Assembly: GCA_964450185.1 (NCBI GenBank)
Contig: CAYVCL010000002.1
Coordinates: forward strand, 8,482-72,481
DNA from: an uncultured Lachnospiraceae bacterium
GTDB taxonomy: Bacteria; Bacillota; Clostridia; Lachnospirales; Lachnospiraceae
Direction of reading: 5' to 3'
Length of the DNA: 64,000 nucleotides
Below are positions 48,401 through 57,138 of this stretch, piece by piece. Within the stretch, counting starts at the first letter, position 1; every line of letters begins with the position of its first letter. Position numbers and translations under genes: made by a program. The notes beneath the pieces were generated by a model. It was not told the origin of the DNA. It did no database searches and was given only the letters and a program-made list of their open reading frames with translations.

Positions 48401-49859
48401 GCACTTCTCGATAGGAATATTTAGATTTGCTGTCTGATAATGCTATTTTGTCCGGATATTGTTTCACTTTTTCATCAAATATCTGAATCAAATTTTTCCG
48501 AAATTGCGGAAGCTCCTTCTCCTTGTTACAACTGCATATATATTCCTGCAACTCCTCTTTTTCCATTAAAGAAAAATCGCTAACTTTTTCATCTTTTCTC
48601 CCTATTGCCTGCTCTGCTAAAATCTCAAACCGCTTTACCATTTCTTCTATGAAATCTCTTGTATAGCTTTTACTGTTATATATAAAATTAAGTCTGAGAT
48701 TTTCCTCTGGTACTACAGCCAAAACAAATGGATAACTATTATTTTCTGTCATAGAAAATTTTTCCATACGAAGTACACCGTCTACATTTTCAAGAATCTG
48801 CTCGTACATATAATTCTCAAATACTACAAGATGATTAAATAGTTCTCCTTTGCGCCCTCCTGACTTTTGTATCTCGTTCAAAGGTGTATGCCAATATTTG
48901 CAAGCTTCTACAAATTCTATTTGCTTTTCCTGTACCAATGTATCAAAACTAATATTTCCCGTTTGATATCTTACCGGAATAGTATTAATAAACAAACCGG
49001 CAATGTCTTCTACATTTGCAATCTCTGTACTTCTTCCAGAAACAACCGTTCCAAATACAACATCCTTTTTATTCGTATATCTTTGCAACAACAAGCCCCA
49101 AATTGAAAGAAATACTACATTCATTGTGACACCTTGTGTTTTACAATATTCCTGCAATTTCTGATACAATTTCGAATTGATATTCACAGAATATTCTGCT
49201 TTTTCACTGCCTGCTTCTTTGCCTTTTTTGTATTCTATAATTTCCGATATATCTTCATATCCGTTTAAATATTGCTTCCAATACGATAAATCTGTTTTAA
49301 TATCTCGTTTTTCTAACCACGTAATATAGTTTTGATATGGAATCACAGGTTGCAGATTGAGTGATTTCTTCTTATGAATGCTTTCATAAATCTCTATTAC
49401 TTCTTTTGCTAATACCCCGACGCTATATGCATCCAAAATAATATGATGAAATGTCCATACAAATCTATAGGTTCCATCTGCTCGTTTAATAAGGAGAAAT
49501 TTACTAAGCGTATCTCTAGAAAGATTAAACTCTGTTTCCATTTCCATTTTACATATGCTTGCAATTTCTTCCTCAGTTCTAACATTTCTTATCTGAAAAT
49601 TCAGCTTTCCGCTCTTTTCTACTACTTGAATGGGCTCTTTCAATTTGTGATACAAAATTCTGGTTCTCAAAATTGGCTGCCGTTCTATCAATAGCTCAAA
49701 GGTTTTCTTTAAATCTTCTTGGGATATATCTCCTTGCAACTCCATAGAAGCCTGTCCCATATATAATCCTGTTTGAGGTTTTTTCATTATATGAAACAAC
49801 ATTCCCTGTTGTAATGGAGATAGGCGATACATCGCCTCAATATTTTCTCTTACTGCCAT
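42414..49859 (-). CDS. NRPS-B: C - A - T - Cy - A(Cys) - T - R
   Basis: Approximate domain ranges in nt:
- C 48567-49844 (LSPLQQGMLFH, HHIILDA).
- A1 47022-48494 (YIMCTSGSTGTPKAV, FDAS, NAYGPTE, GELYVGGAGVALEY, YSTGDY, GRKDNQCKIRGFRIE).
- T1 46782-46994 (GGDSI).
- Cy 45417-46709 (EIQQAYIMGR, DILVVDAAS).
- A2 43917-45344 (FTSGSTGQPKGV, FDLSVYD, SGDWIPL, LGGATEASIWS), with code DLYNLSLIWK = Cys.
- T2 43662-43874 (GGNSI).
- R 42417-43514 (TGGAGFF, YIQSK).
ATG 49859 (AGGAGA upstream) preferred over TTG 49886. Confidence 0.92.
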   Translation of the reverse strand: MAVRENIEAMYRLSPLQQGMLFHIMKKPQTGLYMGQASMELQGDISQEDLKKTFELLIERQPILRTRILYHKLKEPIQVVEKSGKLNFQIRNVRTEEEIASICKMEMETEFNLSRDTLSKFLLIKRADGTYRFVWTFHHIILDAYSVGVLAKEVIEIYESIHKKKSLNLQPVIPYQNYITWLEKRDIKTDLSYWKQYLNGYEDISEIIEYKKGKEAGSEKAEYSVNINSKLYQKLQEYCKTQGVTMNVVFLSIWGLLLQRYTNKKDVVFGTVVSGRSTEIANVEDIAGLFINTIPVRYQTGNISFDTLVQEKQIEFVEACKYWHTPLNEIQKSGGRKGELFNHLVVFENYMYEQILENVDGVLRMEKFSMTENNSYPFVLAVVPEENLRLNFIYNSKSYTRDFIEEMVKRFEILAEQAIGRKDEKVSDFSLMEKEELQEYICSCNKEKELPQFRKNLIQIFDEKVKQYPDKIALSDSKSKYSYREVQKYIETNAYALQQCGIKKGDVVILHGENSIEMVVAILAVLKVGGVYLPIDSKAPQERVRKMLNVIPNSGCIMAVSKSSVDYLEDYQILEVKLQVSENKPKQVEITAEAPAYIMCTSGSTGTPKAVLISQKGIIRLVFGQELVQLTSEDKFIKASTPAFDASTLEMYEALLHGGSLRIVEKEELLDLKRLREIIKKEKITAGFFSTPLFTKMVQENAKIFDGMKYIFTGGDVLSFETGKRAAQINKEAMIINAYGPTENTVCSTWHLVKENDTNPLPIGKRLDNSSGYVVDCFGNLQCKNLPGELYVGGAGVALEYVGNEELTNEKFVRIPEISEERLYSTGDYVWEDEDGSLYFIGRKDNQCKIRGFRIELEEIQNAMNGMEEIDAAEVVVYQTEASGDKSMGAFYISSKQQSQQKILEKLQCLLPEYMIPTVLIRLDEFPMKESGKVDKNSLKIMAAQNNIGKECATTYTEERMLLLWSEVLGRQEIGVNESFFVLGGDSIKGMKLVAQGERKGLFFSLSELYQNQTIKALSAMIDADDGTGIRKKRLLPEHLKYVKPNTKEKYEEFQCNEIQQAYIMGRSVEFELGGFSTHYYTELDGNVEIERMEEALNKVIAKHAMLRTVLSSRNSQKILKTVEKYEIPYHDISTLSKKEQENILKSIRKEMSEEVFDLEQWPLFRMEAYRLSETRVKICFGIDILVVDAASLLMVERELMAYYQDTQLEVKESEFTFRDYCVAMEKLKESEIYEEDKQYWKQKIDEFPLAPALVVDTESVKGKIPTFQRKSILLEKKQWETIKRLGVKYQVTPAAILCTAYGVILEHWSGQNHFALDLTVFDRYAFNPQVAELVGDFTRIMLVEMDFREKKHFWDKVEKTNQTLVETLEHSNYSGVEFIRDISNKYALGTKAAMPYIFTCALYSEDEKVKYSLLEETYSISRTPQVYLDNQVTEKNGMLSIVWDYPMEIWEEEQIDGMFQQYIELLNSIGTEEEGKIQLPEYVKEQYQKYNDTYEEAQALYQKKQLTLNDMMKQAFSKYSENIAVVADNKRLTYYELERLSDEVAYRLQEKKIPKKSYIAIEGHRQISTLIYIVGVLKYGCAYVPINMEYPEERREYIIRHSECRLVIKEDFLNDVEIKNCRSYQAENVRPEDVAYVIFTSGSTGQPKGVVITQNGAANTVADINEKFEVTESDCLIGLSSFGFDLSVYDIFGAFSTGAKLALVKEQRNVKEVAHLLKEEQVTFWNSVPAVIEMFLTIQEDCKNDTLKNILLSGDWIPLKLPEQIRKHFSKANVTSLGGATEASIWSIYYPIPKSLQAKWKSIPYGMPLKNQQIYVMDEQMQLCPNGVRGEICIGGIGIAKEYINDMEKTQEVFVEHPDYGRIYRTGDTGIFHGEYIEFTGRIDGQVKIRGFRIEIGEIEAKATEEETVKDAVVVVQKQEKADTCLVLFYTERAKDSVDLQKLKGRLEKTLPVYMIPSAFVKLEQFPLSVNGKVDRKALPMVKVEEDTRYMQPENEKENLILQIWQQVLERENIGVRQNFFELGGNSIKGMKFISMAEKQGLKIQLPDIFRYNTIEQIAKVAVFSENMDLKNAQRLEEWVEMMESYQATAYFTEAYEKYKMKYQAPSFQQTDDFEHYFITGGAGFFAAHLIVEILLQTNAKVTTLIRATKTEETVEERFENALKFYVPERNLYQEFKHRITVLEGDVSDERMGMKEETYQWLGEKVDCIIHAATLVKHYGLWSVFEKINIQGTKHVAELMEQGREKQFIFISTLSAGYTLGRNESDVAYTEDYTSVGEKSDNFYIQSKINAEEIVEKMQQSGKRVKIFRLGFLVQSYERGIFQMNAEENALFQMLETILRIGHVPDMRGEMFDMTYVDYAAKAVFALMKVKEKGHIYHIFNSDRMSLGRFAQYCRENEMNVNIMEIKAFFEYVFGHLKELSNDMSHLLTLTMADGEIKQTLAYQYKNDKTCAILTRLGFEWPKVTKKQIEDVLVVLGYKE

Positions 49860-49878
49860 TTTTCTTCTCCTCGTGTTT

Positions 49879-50106
49879 CTAATCAAGTAACTGTTCTAAA
49901 ATAAATTCCATCTCATCTTCTTCCTGCTTTTTTAGTTGCCCCATTTCCTCCAACAACTGCTTTATCCACTGCTTTGAGAATAACCTTTTATCATAAGAAA
50001 GTTTCCAACATATCTGCTTATCTTCCACAAAAGCAACAACTGATAATGCTGCAATTCCTTCACCTTCTTCTGATACATTCTGCCCCACCTCTACCTGCTC
50101 TACCAA
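49879..50106 (-). pseudogene. C-terminal 75 codons of the NRPS-A epimerisation domain, cut off by an in-frame TAA
   Basis: Same reading frame as NRPS-A, directly after the TAA at 50107-50109. There is no ATG (the track start is TTG) and no SD. The sequence (…ALSVVAFVEDKQICWKLSYDKRLFSKQWIKQLLEEM…) is the expected continuation after the FNYLG motif. Confidence 0.65.
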
Positions 50107-53100
50107 TTATCCATAATTTTTACTATCAATGCTTCCCAAATAATTAAAATGAATTAACACAGGATAATCCTCAAATTCCGGTTCTGCCTGAAGAATAGCA
50201 AAACCCTTTCCTTTTTCCGGTACTTTACCCAATGTGTCATGAACTATATTTACCACACTATCTATATTTGCTTCTTGGCTTAATCCTTCAAATATTACGG
50301 GATAAGTATAACTAAACCAACCCATGGTATTTTGAATATCAATGTCATTACGCTCATCCTCTCTCCCATGATATTCCATTTCTACCATAATTCCATCTCT
50401 ATTACTCAATTTGGAAAATGCCTTTAAGAATACTGCCAACAGATATTCTTCTATATCTTTTCCCGGCAATATAGACTTTTCTCCTCTTTGTTCTATCCTC
50501 TTCAATTCGAATTCCCTTACTCCGTCCAGTAGCTGCCATGATTTATTTAGCTCCAATCCCTTTTTCAATACATCAAGCCAATAATCACTATCCTTTTGTG
50601 TTGTTTTTTTCATATACGCAGCCCACTCCATATATGAAGTTTCTGCCTGATAATTTCCTATCGTTTCTCCCTGCTTTCGCTTCGTATAGATTTCCACAAA
50701 ATCATTTAATAATAATCTCAATGACACACCATCCGTAAGCAAATGATGAACAAAGAAATACAGTTTTGCTTTTTGCTTCCATTCATAATAAGCAATACCT
50801 AATAATGGTCCTTTTTCTATGTCAAATTTACTTTCAAGCAAATCATTTTCTCTTTGAATTTCTTCTTCTGATTCTATCTTTTTATAACAAAAAACATAAC
50901 TTTTTTTCAAAAAACTTCTATCTCTTGTGCTACTTTCAAATTGATTTCCTTTTTTTACAAATACCGTTCTTAACACATCATGATATTTTAACAAATCCTC
51001 AATGGTTTCCTGTAACACAACTTCTTGTAATCTTTCCGTTAATGTAATACTTATATACTGATTCCAACGATTTCTTCCCTGTTTGATTTTACGGAAAAAC
51101 CACTGTTGAGCTGGGGTTATCGGATACGTTCCCTGTACATCCTGATACTCTTTTACACCATTATATTTTTTCATAATTGTTGCTAACAATTCTATCGTTG
51201 CATGTGTATATAATTCTTTCATATCCACTTGATATCCTAATCGCTTTAATGCGGAAAGAATTTGTATCGCTTTAATGGAATCTCCTCCTAAGGAAAAAAA
51301 GTTTTGATTTACTCCAATCTCTTCGATTCCAAGAATTTGTTTCCATAACTGCAACAATAATTTTTCTTCTTCATTTTTCGGTGTATGCAGTACATTTTCT
51401 TTGTATTTCATCTGCAATAATTTCGTCCTGTCAACCTTTCCATTACTTGTTAATGGCATTTCAACAATCTCCACTAATTGAGAAGGGATCATATAAGCCG
51501 GCAATTTTTTCTCTAACGCATTCCGAATCTCCAGTTCGCTCTGTTCTTTTGACAAACAATAGAAAGCAAGAATTCTTTTGAATTGTTCTCCTTCCACCAA
51601 CACACAGGCTTCTTGTATTCCTGCAATTCCAAGTAATGCCACCTCAATTTCTCTGGTTTCAATCCTATAACCATTTACCTTTACCTGCGCATCTCTCCTT
51701 CCCAAAAACTCAATCTGTTCATCACATCTATGCATTTTTCCGTAATCACCTGTATGATAAATCCTTCCAAATGGTGCTTGGTTTTTAAACGCTTGTTCCG
51801 TTTTTTCCTTATCATTTAGATATCCGTCCGCTACGCCAATGCCTCCAATACAAATTTCTCCTGTAACTTCCGGTGGACAAAGTTTTCCTTCTTCATCCAG
51901 TACATATATTTTCTGATTATCTAATGGTGAACCATAGGGAATGCTATTCCACTGCTCTTTTACTTCATCAATCACATAAGCTATAGACCATATAGAAGCC
52001 TCTGTCGCACCTCCTAAGCTTACTACTCTTGCATTTTTGAAGCACTGCTTCAATCTTCCCGGTAATGTCAGTGGAATCCAGTCACCGCTCAAAAAAAAGT
52101 ATCGCATTTTTGAATACGCATACTCTTGCTTTCTTTCACTCAACAATAATTCACATAATGCCGGAACAGAATTCCAAATAGTAACACCTTCTTCCCGACA
52201 TAACTTTTCCAATTCTTCCCCATTTTTTTGTTCCTGTACAAGTACTAAAGTAGCACCTGCAAAAAATGTACCAAACACATCATATACCGATAAGTCAAAA
52301 CACAACGAAGATATTCCTAAAATCACATCTTTTTCATTTACTTCAAACCTCGCATTCATACTTTTAATTGTATTTACTGCAGATTGATTTGATATAACCA
52401 CTCCCTTAGGTTCTCCCGTACTACCGGACGTAAATATCACATATGCAGGACGTTCCCAATCTTTCTTTGTCCCTTTTTCCAATAATACTATTTTTTTATT
52501 TCCATTATTTTCCAATTTCGTCCAGTCGAAAGGTTCTAATAAAATTCTACTCTGACTTTTCTTCAATATGAATTCTACCCTTTCCTTTGGATATTCTTCT
52601 AATATTGGAACATATGCCGCTTTACATTTTAAAACTCCAAGAATATTCAAGAGTGTACTAATATCACGTCTTGCACTGACTCCAATATATTCCCCCGGTT
52701 CCACTCCATTTTCTAATAATTGTTCTTTGATTTGTTCTGATAAATTCCACAATTCTTCGTATGTAATTTCTTCTTTATCGCTTTTTATTGCAATTTTTTT
52801 AGGAGCTTTGCAAACGCCTTGATAAACTAACTCCACTAATGTTTCCGGCTCCCATTTTTGTTCTGTTTGATTATAATTTTTCCATAATTCTGCATCTTCT
52901 GGAAGCAATTGAAATATATCCGAATCAGCCTTTCCCAGACTTTGCTCAAGCAATGCTATCATCTGATTTCCCATGATTTTTAAAGATTTTTCATCCATGT
53001 ATTCTACTGCATAATCCCATGTGACAAGAAGTTTTCCATGATATTCCGTTGCCTGACAATCCAACATAACCTGAGGTGTCTGACTTATTCCATATTCTAA

Positions 53101-54213
53101 CTCCCCAAAGAAATCCAAAATTTCAAAAGGATCTTCTTTAAACAGCATACTGGTAAATACAATTGGCATAATTGCCTTTGTCCCCATATTTCGCTGTCTG
53201 GAAAGTTCTCGCATGACCTCTATTCCATTAAAAGTATTATGTCGATATGACAATAACATTTCTCGGGATACTTGCTTTGCTACTTCAAACAAACCTTTGT
53301 CTTTGTAAAATCCCTGCTCTATTCCCACTAACAATGCCGTTGTATAATCACCTACCAACGTGTTTTCCTTATATTTACCTCGTTCGGACATAGTCAGATT
53401 GATTGTAAAATCTTTGTTTTCGCTCCATTTCCCCAACACCATAACATATGCTGCGAGTACTATGGATGTTGGTGAAAGCCCTTTCTGTTCTGCGCGTTTT
53501 TTTATAAACTGCCATTTATCTTTTTCAAGATTTAATGTAATTCTTGAAATCGGACTTACCAACTCTTTTTCTGCATTTTTTGTTTGTTTTGGCACCGGAA
53601 GTACCGGTGCCATCGGAAGTGTATCTAACTTTTTCTGCCAATACATCTTGTCTTTTTGATAGCGTTCTGATTGCTTTAACACTTTTTGCTTCTCTATATA
53701 TTCTTCATAAGATGCTGTTAAAACTTCCACTTCTTTATAGGGACAATTATAATATTTTTCTAGTTCTCGTCCAATCAGACACAAGCTACTGCTGTCCGCA
53801 ACCAGCATATCAAAAGAAAGAAGTAACACATTTTTTTCTTCTCCCATTTTTATATAAAGAAAACGATATTGAGGCCATACTGCCGGGTCTGTGCTTTCTA
53901 AAAACATCTCTACCCTTTTTTCTTTCAAAATTTCTTCTTTTTTGGATTTTTCTTCCTTTTGTAAATCAAGGATTGGTATCTGATATCTCGGAACTTCTTC
54001 CATAATCATCTGCTCATTTTCATTAAAAATACGAGCTCTTAACATTCCTTGTTGCTTAATCACTTTATTCATTGCCTCTTCCAATTTATTCGGGGCTAAT
54101 TCTGTCCTAAATTGATAGCATATATGTGTCGATGTGCCTCCAAGTTCAAACTCTTTCCGCCTTCCCATATAATAGGCTCTTTGAACGTCTGACAGTTCAA
54201 ATATTTGCTTCAT
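50107..54213 (-). CDS. NRPS-A: Cy - A(Cys) - T - E (E domain interrupted by a stop codon)
   Basis: Approximate domain ranges in nt:
- Cy 52909-54213 (LSDVQRAYYMGR at residue 7, FDMLVADSS).
- A 51424-52851 (FTSGSTGEPKGV, FDLSVYD, SGDWIPL, LGGATEASIWS), with code DLYNLSLIWK = Cys.
- T 51169-51381 (GGDSI).
- E from 51141 (PITPAQQWFF, HHLLTDG, EYHGRE, GWFSYTYP, FNYLG). Confidence 0.9.
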   Translation of the reverse strand: MKQIFELSDVQRAYYMGRRKEFELGGTSTHICYQFRTELAPNKLEEAMNKVIKQQGMLRARIFNENEQMIMEEVPRYQIPILDLQKEEKSKKEEILKEKRVEMFLESTDPAVWPQYRFLYIKMGEEKNVLLLSFDMLVADSSSLCLIGRELEKYYNCPYKEVEVLTASYEEYIEKQKVLKQSERYQKDKMYWQKKLDTLPMAPVLPVPKQTKNAEKELVSPISRITLNLEKDKWQFIKKRAEQKGLSPTSIVLAAYVMVLGKWSENKDFTINLTMSERGKYKENTLVGDYTTALLVGIEQGFYKDKGLFEVAKQVSREMLLSYRHNTFNGIEVMRELSRQRNMGTKAIMPIVFTSMLFKEDPFEILDFFGELEYGISQTPQVMLDCQATEYHGKLLVTWDYAVEYMDEKSLKIMGNQMIALLEQSLGKADSDIFQLLPEDAELWKNYNQTEQKWEPETLVELVYQGVCKAPKKIAIKSDKEEITYEELWNLSEQIKEQLLENGVEPGEYIGVSARRDISTLLNILGVLKCKAAYVPILEEYPKERVEFILKKSQSRILLEPFDWTKLENNGNKKIVLLEKGTKKDWERPAYVIFTSGSTGEPKGVVISNQSAVNTIKSMNARFEVNEKDVILGISSLCFDLSVYDVFGTFFAGATLVLVQEQKNGEELEKLCREEGVTIWNSVPALCELLLSERKQEYAYSKMRYFFLSGDWIPLTLPGRLKQCFKNARVVSLGGATEASIWSIAYVIDEVKEQWNSIPYGSPLDNQKIYVLDEEGKLCPPEVTGEICIGGIGVADGYLNDKEKTEQAFKNQAPFGRIYHTGDYGKMHRCDEQIEFLGRRDAQVKVNGYRIETREIEVALLGIAGIQEACVLVEGEQFKRILAFYCLSKEQSELEIRNALEKKLPAYMIPSQLVEIVEMPLTSNGKVDRTKLLQMKYKENVLHTPKNEEEKLLLQLWKQILGIEEIGVNQNFFSLGGDSIKAIQILSALKRLGYQVDMKELYTHATIELLATIMKKYNGVKEYQDVQGTYPITPAQQWFFRKIKQGRNRWNQYISITLTERLQEVVLQETIEDLLKYHDVLRTVFVKKGNQFESSTRDRSFLKKSYVFCYKKIESEEEIQRENDLLESKFDIEKGPLLGIAYYEWKQKAKLYFFVHHLLTDGVSLRLLLNDFVEIYTKRKQGETIGNYQAETSYMEWAAYMKKTTQKDSDYWLDVLKKGLELNKSWQLLDGVREFELKRIEQRGEKSILPGKDIEEYLLAVFLKAFSKLSNRDGIMVEMEYHGREDERNDIDIQNTMGWFSYTYPVIFEGLSQEANIDSVVNIVHDTLGKVPEKGKGFAILQAEPEFEDYPVLIHFNYLGSIDSKNYG

Positions 54214-54215
54214 TT

Positions 54216-56420
54216 TTATTCTCTTCCTTTCAAAACTTCTACCATGGAAATATGATCAATTTTCTTATTCAAGAACAGATATATGAAAAAGTATGCTACT
54301 ACACCTAAAATCACACACAGAATTGCCGAAAACATACTTAATTCAAAATCCATAAATCCACGGAAGCTTGCATTTAACACAGGCCACATTTCACACATTA
54401 GTACCTTATCTAAAGGAACTGCTATTACAAGCCCGAAAAGAAGCACCCAAAAGGTAGCTCCAAAATACAAGCTCTTTATTTCTTTTGGTAAATATCCTAA
54501 AATTTTCACAAGAGATATATCTGCTACATTACGTTCAATTACTAATTTCAATAACAAAAACAATAGGACCAGAAAAATAATTATCCCTCCTGCTATCAGC
54601 ATTAAGACAGTCGCTGACATCATATCAAAATAATTTCGTGCCGCTTCCATTAAAGATTCTCTAGTTACAACAGAATTCAGGTACATACTTTCAATAGACA
54701 ATTCCTGTTCCGATAAATATCCATTAAAGGTAGATTCCTCTTGTCCTAATAACTGATTCAAATTTTCTCTCTCCATAAATGCATATAACCCTGTTGCATA
54801 TGGTACGATTTCTACTATTTTTAATTTGTATTCTTCCTCCACCGAATCTTTCAGAACAATAATTTCATCTTTTTTTAATTTGAATTTTTTTGCCGTTGCA
54901 TCTGAAATAATAATTTCATTTTCTTTTAAATCTTTTATCTTTTTATCAAAATAGCTACTTTCCCTCGGCAACCCCATAATAGTTACCGCCATGTCTTCCT
55001 CTCCTATTTCAAAATAGCAGTCCAAACTCTTCAAATATATCTTTTCACAATCTTCTTCCACTTCAATTGGTGCCTTTAACAAATACATATTTTCACATAA
55101 AATAGTATCTTCTACCTCTGACACATAATTCCGAATGCTATCATACATTCCCAATCCCATAACTAACATAAATACAGCCAGTATGATACCTGCAATCAAA
55201 ATCAGATAATTTCCTATTTCACATAAGAATACACGAATCTTAAACCTTGTTGAAAATCTTCCATGAACCAAATTATATTCGCGTGCCTTTTCCTTTTTTA
55301 AATCATTCCGAAGCATTCGCAATGGTTTTACATTCAATGCCTTATTTAAGATGACATAATTTATCACAAGTACTAAAATAAACGGATAAATCACAGCTAT
55401 AATCACACACATCGGTTTTACTGATAAAATTAATTTTGGAATACAGTAGAATCCGTACGAAGCTGCCACTAATGATTTCGTAATTCCAAACACTCCCATT
55501 ACCCAGCCTAATACAGAGCCAAGTATTGTGATTGCGGTTGGCAATGCAATATAATTTGCAATTAATTCTTTTTCGAAATATCCTATTGCATATAAGGTGC
55601 CTATTTCTTTACATTCCTCTTGTACCTTTTTCTTTCCCATAATACCAAGAAGAAATGCAATAATCACGATTACCAGAAATCCAATCATCATTCCCATTTT
55701 TTTGTCTGTATCCAGCTTCGAGGAAATCCCACTAATTCGTGGATTATTCACACGCTCCATCAAAGAATACTCTATTTGTTTTTCCTCTAAATACTCCTTT
55801 AATATATTCATTTCGCCTACAAAGGAATAATTTAACGACAATTCTTCTTTTTCATAAGTTTCAAAGACTTCCTTTGTTACAAATCCAATTCCAAATACAG
55901 CTGCATCAACATTAGAAGAAGTATATTGTTCTAAAATATAAATATACTCTGGAACAGCCCCAAAGCCTGTAATTGTATATACTTCCTTGCCAATCTCAAT
56001 TTCATCCCCCACTGCATATCCATTTTCTTCTGCAAACAGAGGATCAATTACAATTTCTCCAACTTTTTCTATACTTCTTCCTTCTACTATAGATATTGTA
56101 TTAATTTTATCTCTTTTTTGAAAAATTCTAATTTTCTGTTCTTCTTTGATAATTTTCTCCGTATAAGCTTCTAATTCTATGGAAATTCCAAGTTCTTCCA
56201 ATTCTTCTATCCAGCTTTCCTTCAACTCTGACATAACCCGAAAACTGCCATCTTCAACACAGTTTTCTTCATTCATATTCGTAATGGTAGCTTCAATACT
56301 ATCTGCCGAACACATAAATGCCGACATAATACCAATGGCTACAATAACTAACAAAAAGATTCCCATATATCTAGCCAGATTTGTATAAAATTCCCGAATA
56401 ATTCTCATTCCTGTTTTCAT
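54216..56420 (-). CDS. ABC transporter permease with two FtsX/MacB-type domains
   Basis: 734 aa with two repeats of TM, a large extracytoplasmic domain, then 3 TM. Directly downstream of the ABC ATPase. Confidence 0.8.
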   Translation of the reverse strand: MKTGMRIIREFYTNLARYMGIFLLVIVAIGIMSAFMCSADSIEATITNMNEENCVEDGSFRVMSELKESWIEELEELGISIELEAYTEKIIKEEQKIRIFQKRDKINTISIVEGRSIEKVGEIVIDPLFAEENGYAVGDEIEIGKEVYTITGFGAVPEYIYILEQYTSSNVDAAVFGIGFVTKEVFETYEKEELSLNYSFVGEMNILKEYLEEKQIEYSLMERVNNPRISGISSKLDTDKKMGMMIGFLVIVIIAFLLGIMGKKKVQEECKEIGTLYAIGYFEKELIANYIALPTAITILGSVLGWVMGVFGITKSLVAASYGFYCIPKLILSVKPMCVIIAVIYPFILVLVINYVILNKALNVKPLRMLRNDLKKEKAREYNLVHGRFSTRFKIRVFLCEIGNYLILIAGIILAVFMLVMGLGMYDSIRNYVSEVEDTILCENMYLLKAPIEVEEDCEKIYLKSLDCYFEIGEEDMAVTIMGLPRESSYFDKKIKDLKENEIIISDATAKKFKLKKDEIIVLKDSVEEEYKLKIVEIVPYATGLYAFMERENLNQLLGQEESTFNGYLSEQELSIESMYLNSVVTRESLMEAARNYFDMMSATVLMLIAGGIIIFLVLLFLLLKLVIERNVADISLVKILGYLPKEIKSLYFGATFWVLLFGLVIAVPLDKVLMCEMWPVLNASFRGFMDFELSMFSAILCVILGVVAYFFIYLFLNKKIDHISMVEVLKGRE

Positions 56421-56430
56421 AAACTTTCTC

Positions 56431-57138
56431 CTACCATTCTAATTCTTCCGGCTTCTTTACTTCTTCATTATGTATAAGCTTCATATTCACGCCATCCTTA
56501 ATTTTCACAACCCAATCTCCCATCTCCTTGATTGCTTCATTATGAGTAACCATTAGTATGGTCATTCCATACTTTTCTTTTACTTTATTCAACAATTTCA
56601 AGATTTCTATAGACATATTATGGTCTAATGCCCCTGTAGGTTCATCGCAAATAAGAACTTTTGGATTTTTTGCCAAAGCTCTTGCAATTGCTACTCTCTG
56701 CTGTTGTCCTCCTGATAAATGTCTTGGAAACTTTTTTTGATGCTCTGTTAATTCCAAAACTTCCATCAACTCATCAATATCTAATGGATTTTTTGCCAGA
56801 TTTTTTCCTGTTTCAATATTTTCCTTTACGGTAAGATTTGATATTAGATTATAGAACTGAAAAATATGTCCCAGATATTCTCGTCTGTAATAGGTAAGTT
56901 CCTTATTGCTCATTTTCGCAATATCCACCCCATCAAAAAGAATACTCCCAGCATCTGCACTTTCTAAGCCACCAATCAAATTCAATAAGGTTGATTTTCC
57001 GGAACCGGAAGGACCTAAAATAACAAACATACTTCCTTCCTCTATTTCTAAATTTACCCCCTTTAAAACCGCTGTACGATTTTCTTTTTCCCCATATTCT
57101 TTTCTTAAGTCCTCTATTTTGTACAATACTTTCTTCAT
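56431..57138 (-). CDS. ABC transporter ATP-binding protein (MacB/LolD type)
   Basis: Walker A GPSGSGKST, signature LSGGQQQRVAIARAL, Walker B VLICDEPT. ATGA overlap with the radical SAM gene. Confidence 0.92.
   Translation of the reverse strand: MKKVLYKIEDLRKEYGEKENRTAVLKGVNLEIEEGSMFVILGPSGSGKSTLLNLIGGLESADAGSILFDGVDIAKMSNKELTYYRREYLGHIFQFYNLISNLTVKENIETGKNLAKNPLDIDELMEVLELTEHQKKFPRHLSGGQQQRVAIARALAKNPKVLICDEPTGALDHNMSIEILKLLNKVKEKYGMTILMVTHNEAIKEMGDWVVKIKDGVNMKLIHNEEVKKPEELEW

Noticed and set aside
49879-50106. The 75-aa ORF listed as a separate gene between the two NRPS genes.
   Set aside because: It is in the same frame as NRPS-A directly after an in-frame TAA. Its start is a TTG with no SD, and its sequence is the normal C-terminal continuation of the E domain. 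It is treated as part of an interrupted NRPS-A, not as a gene.
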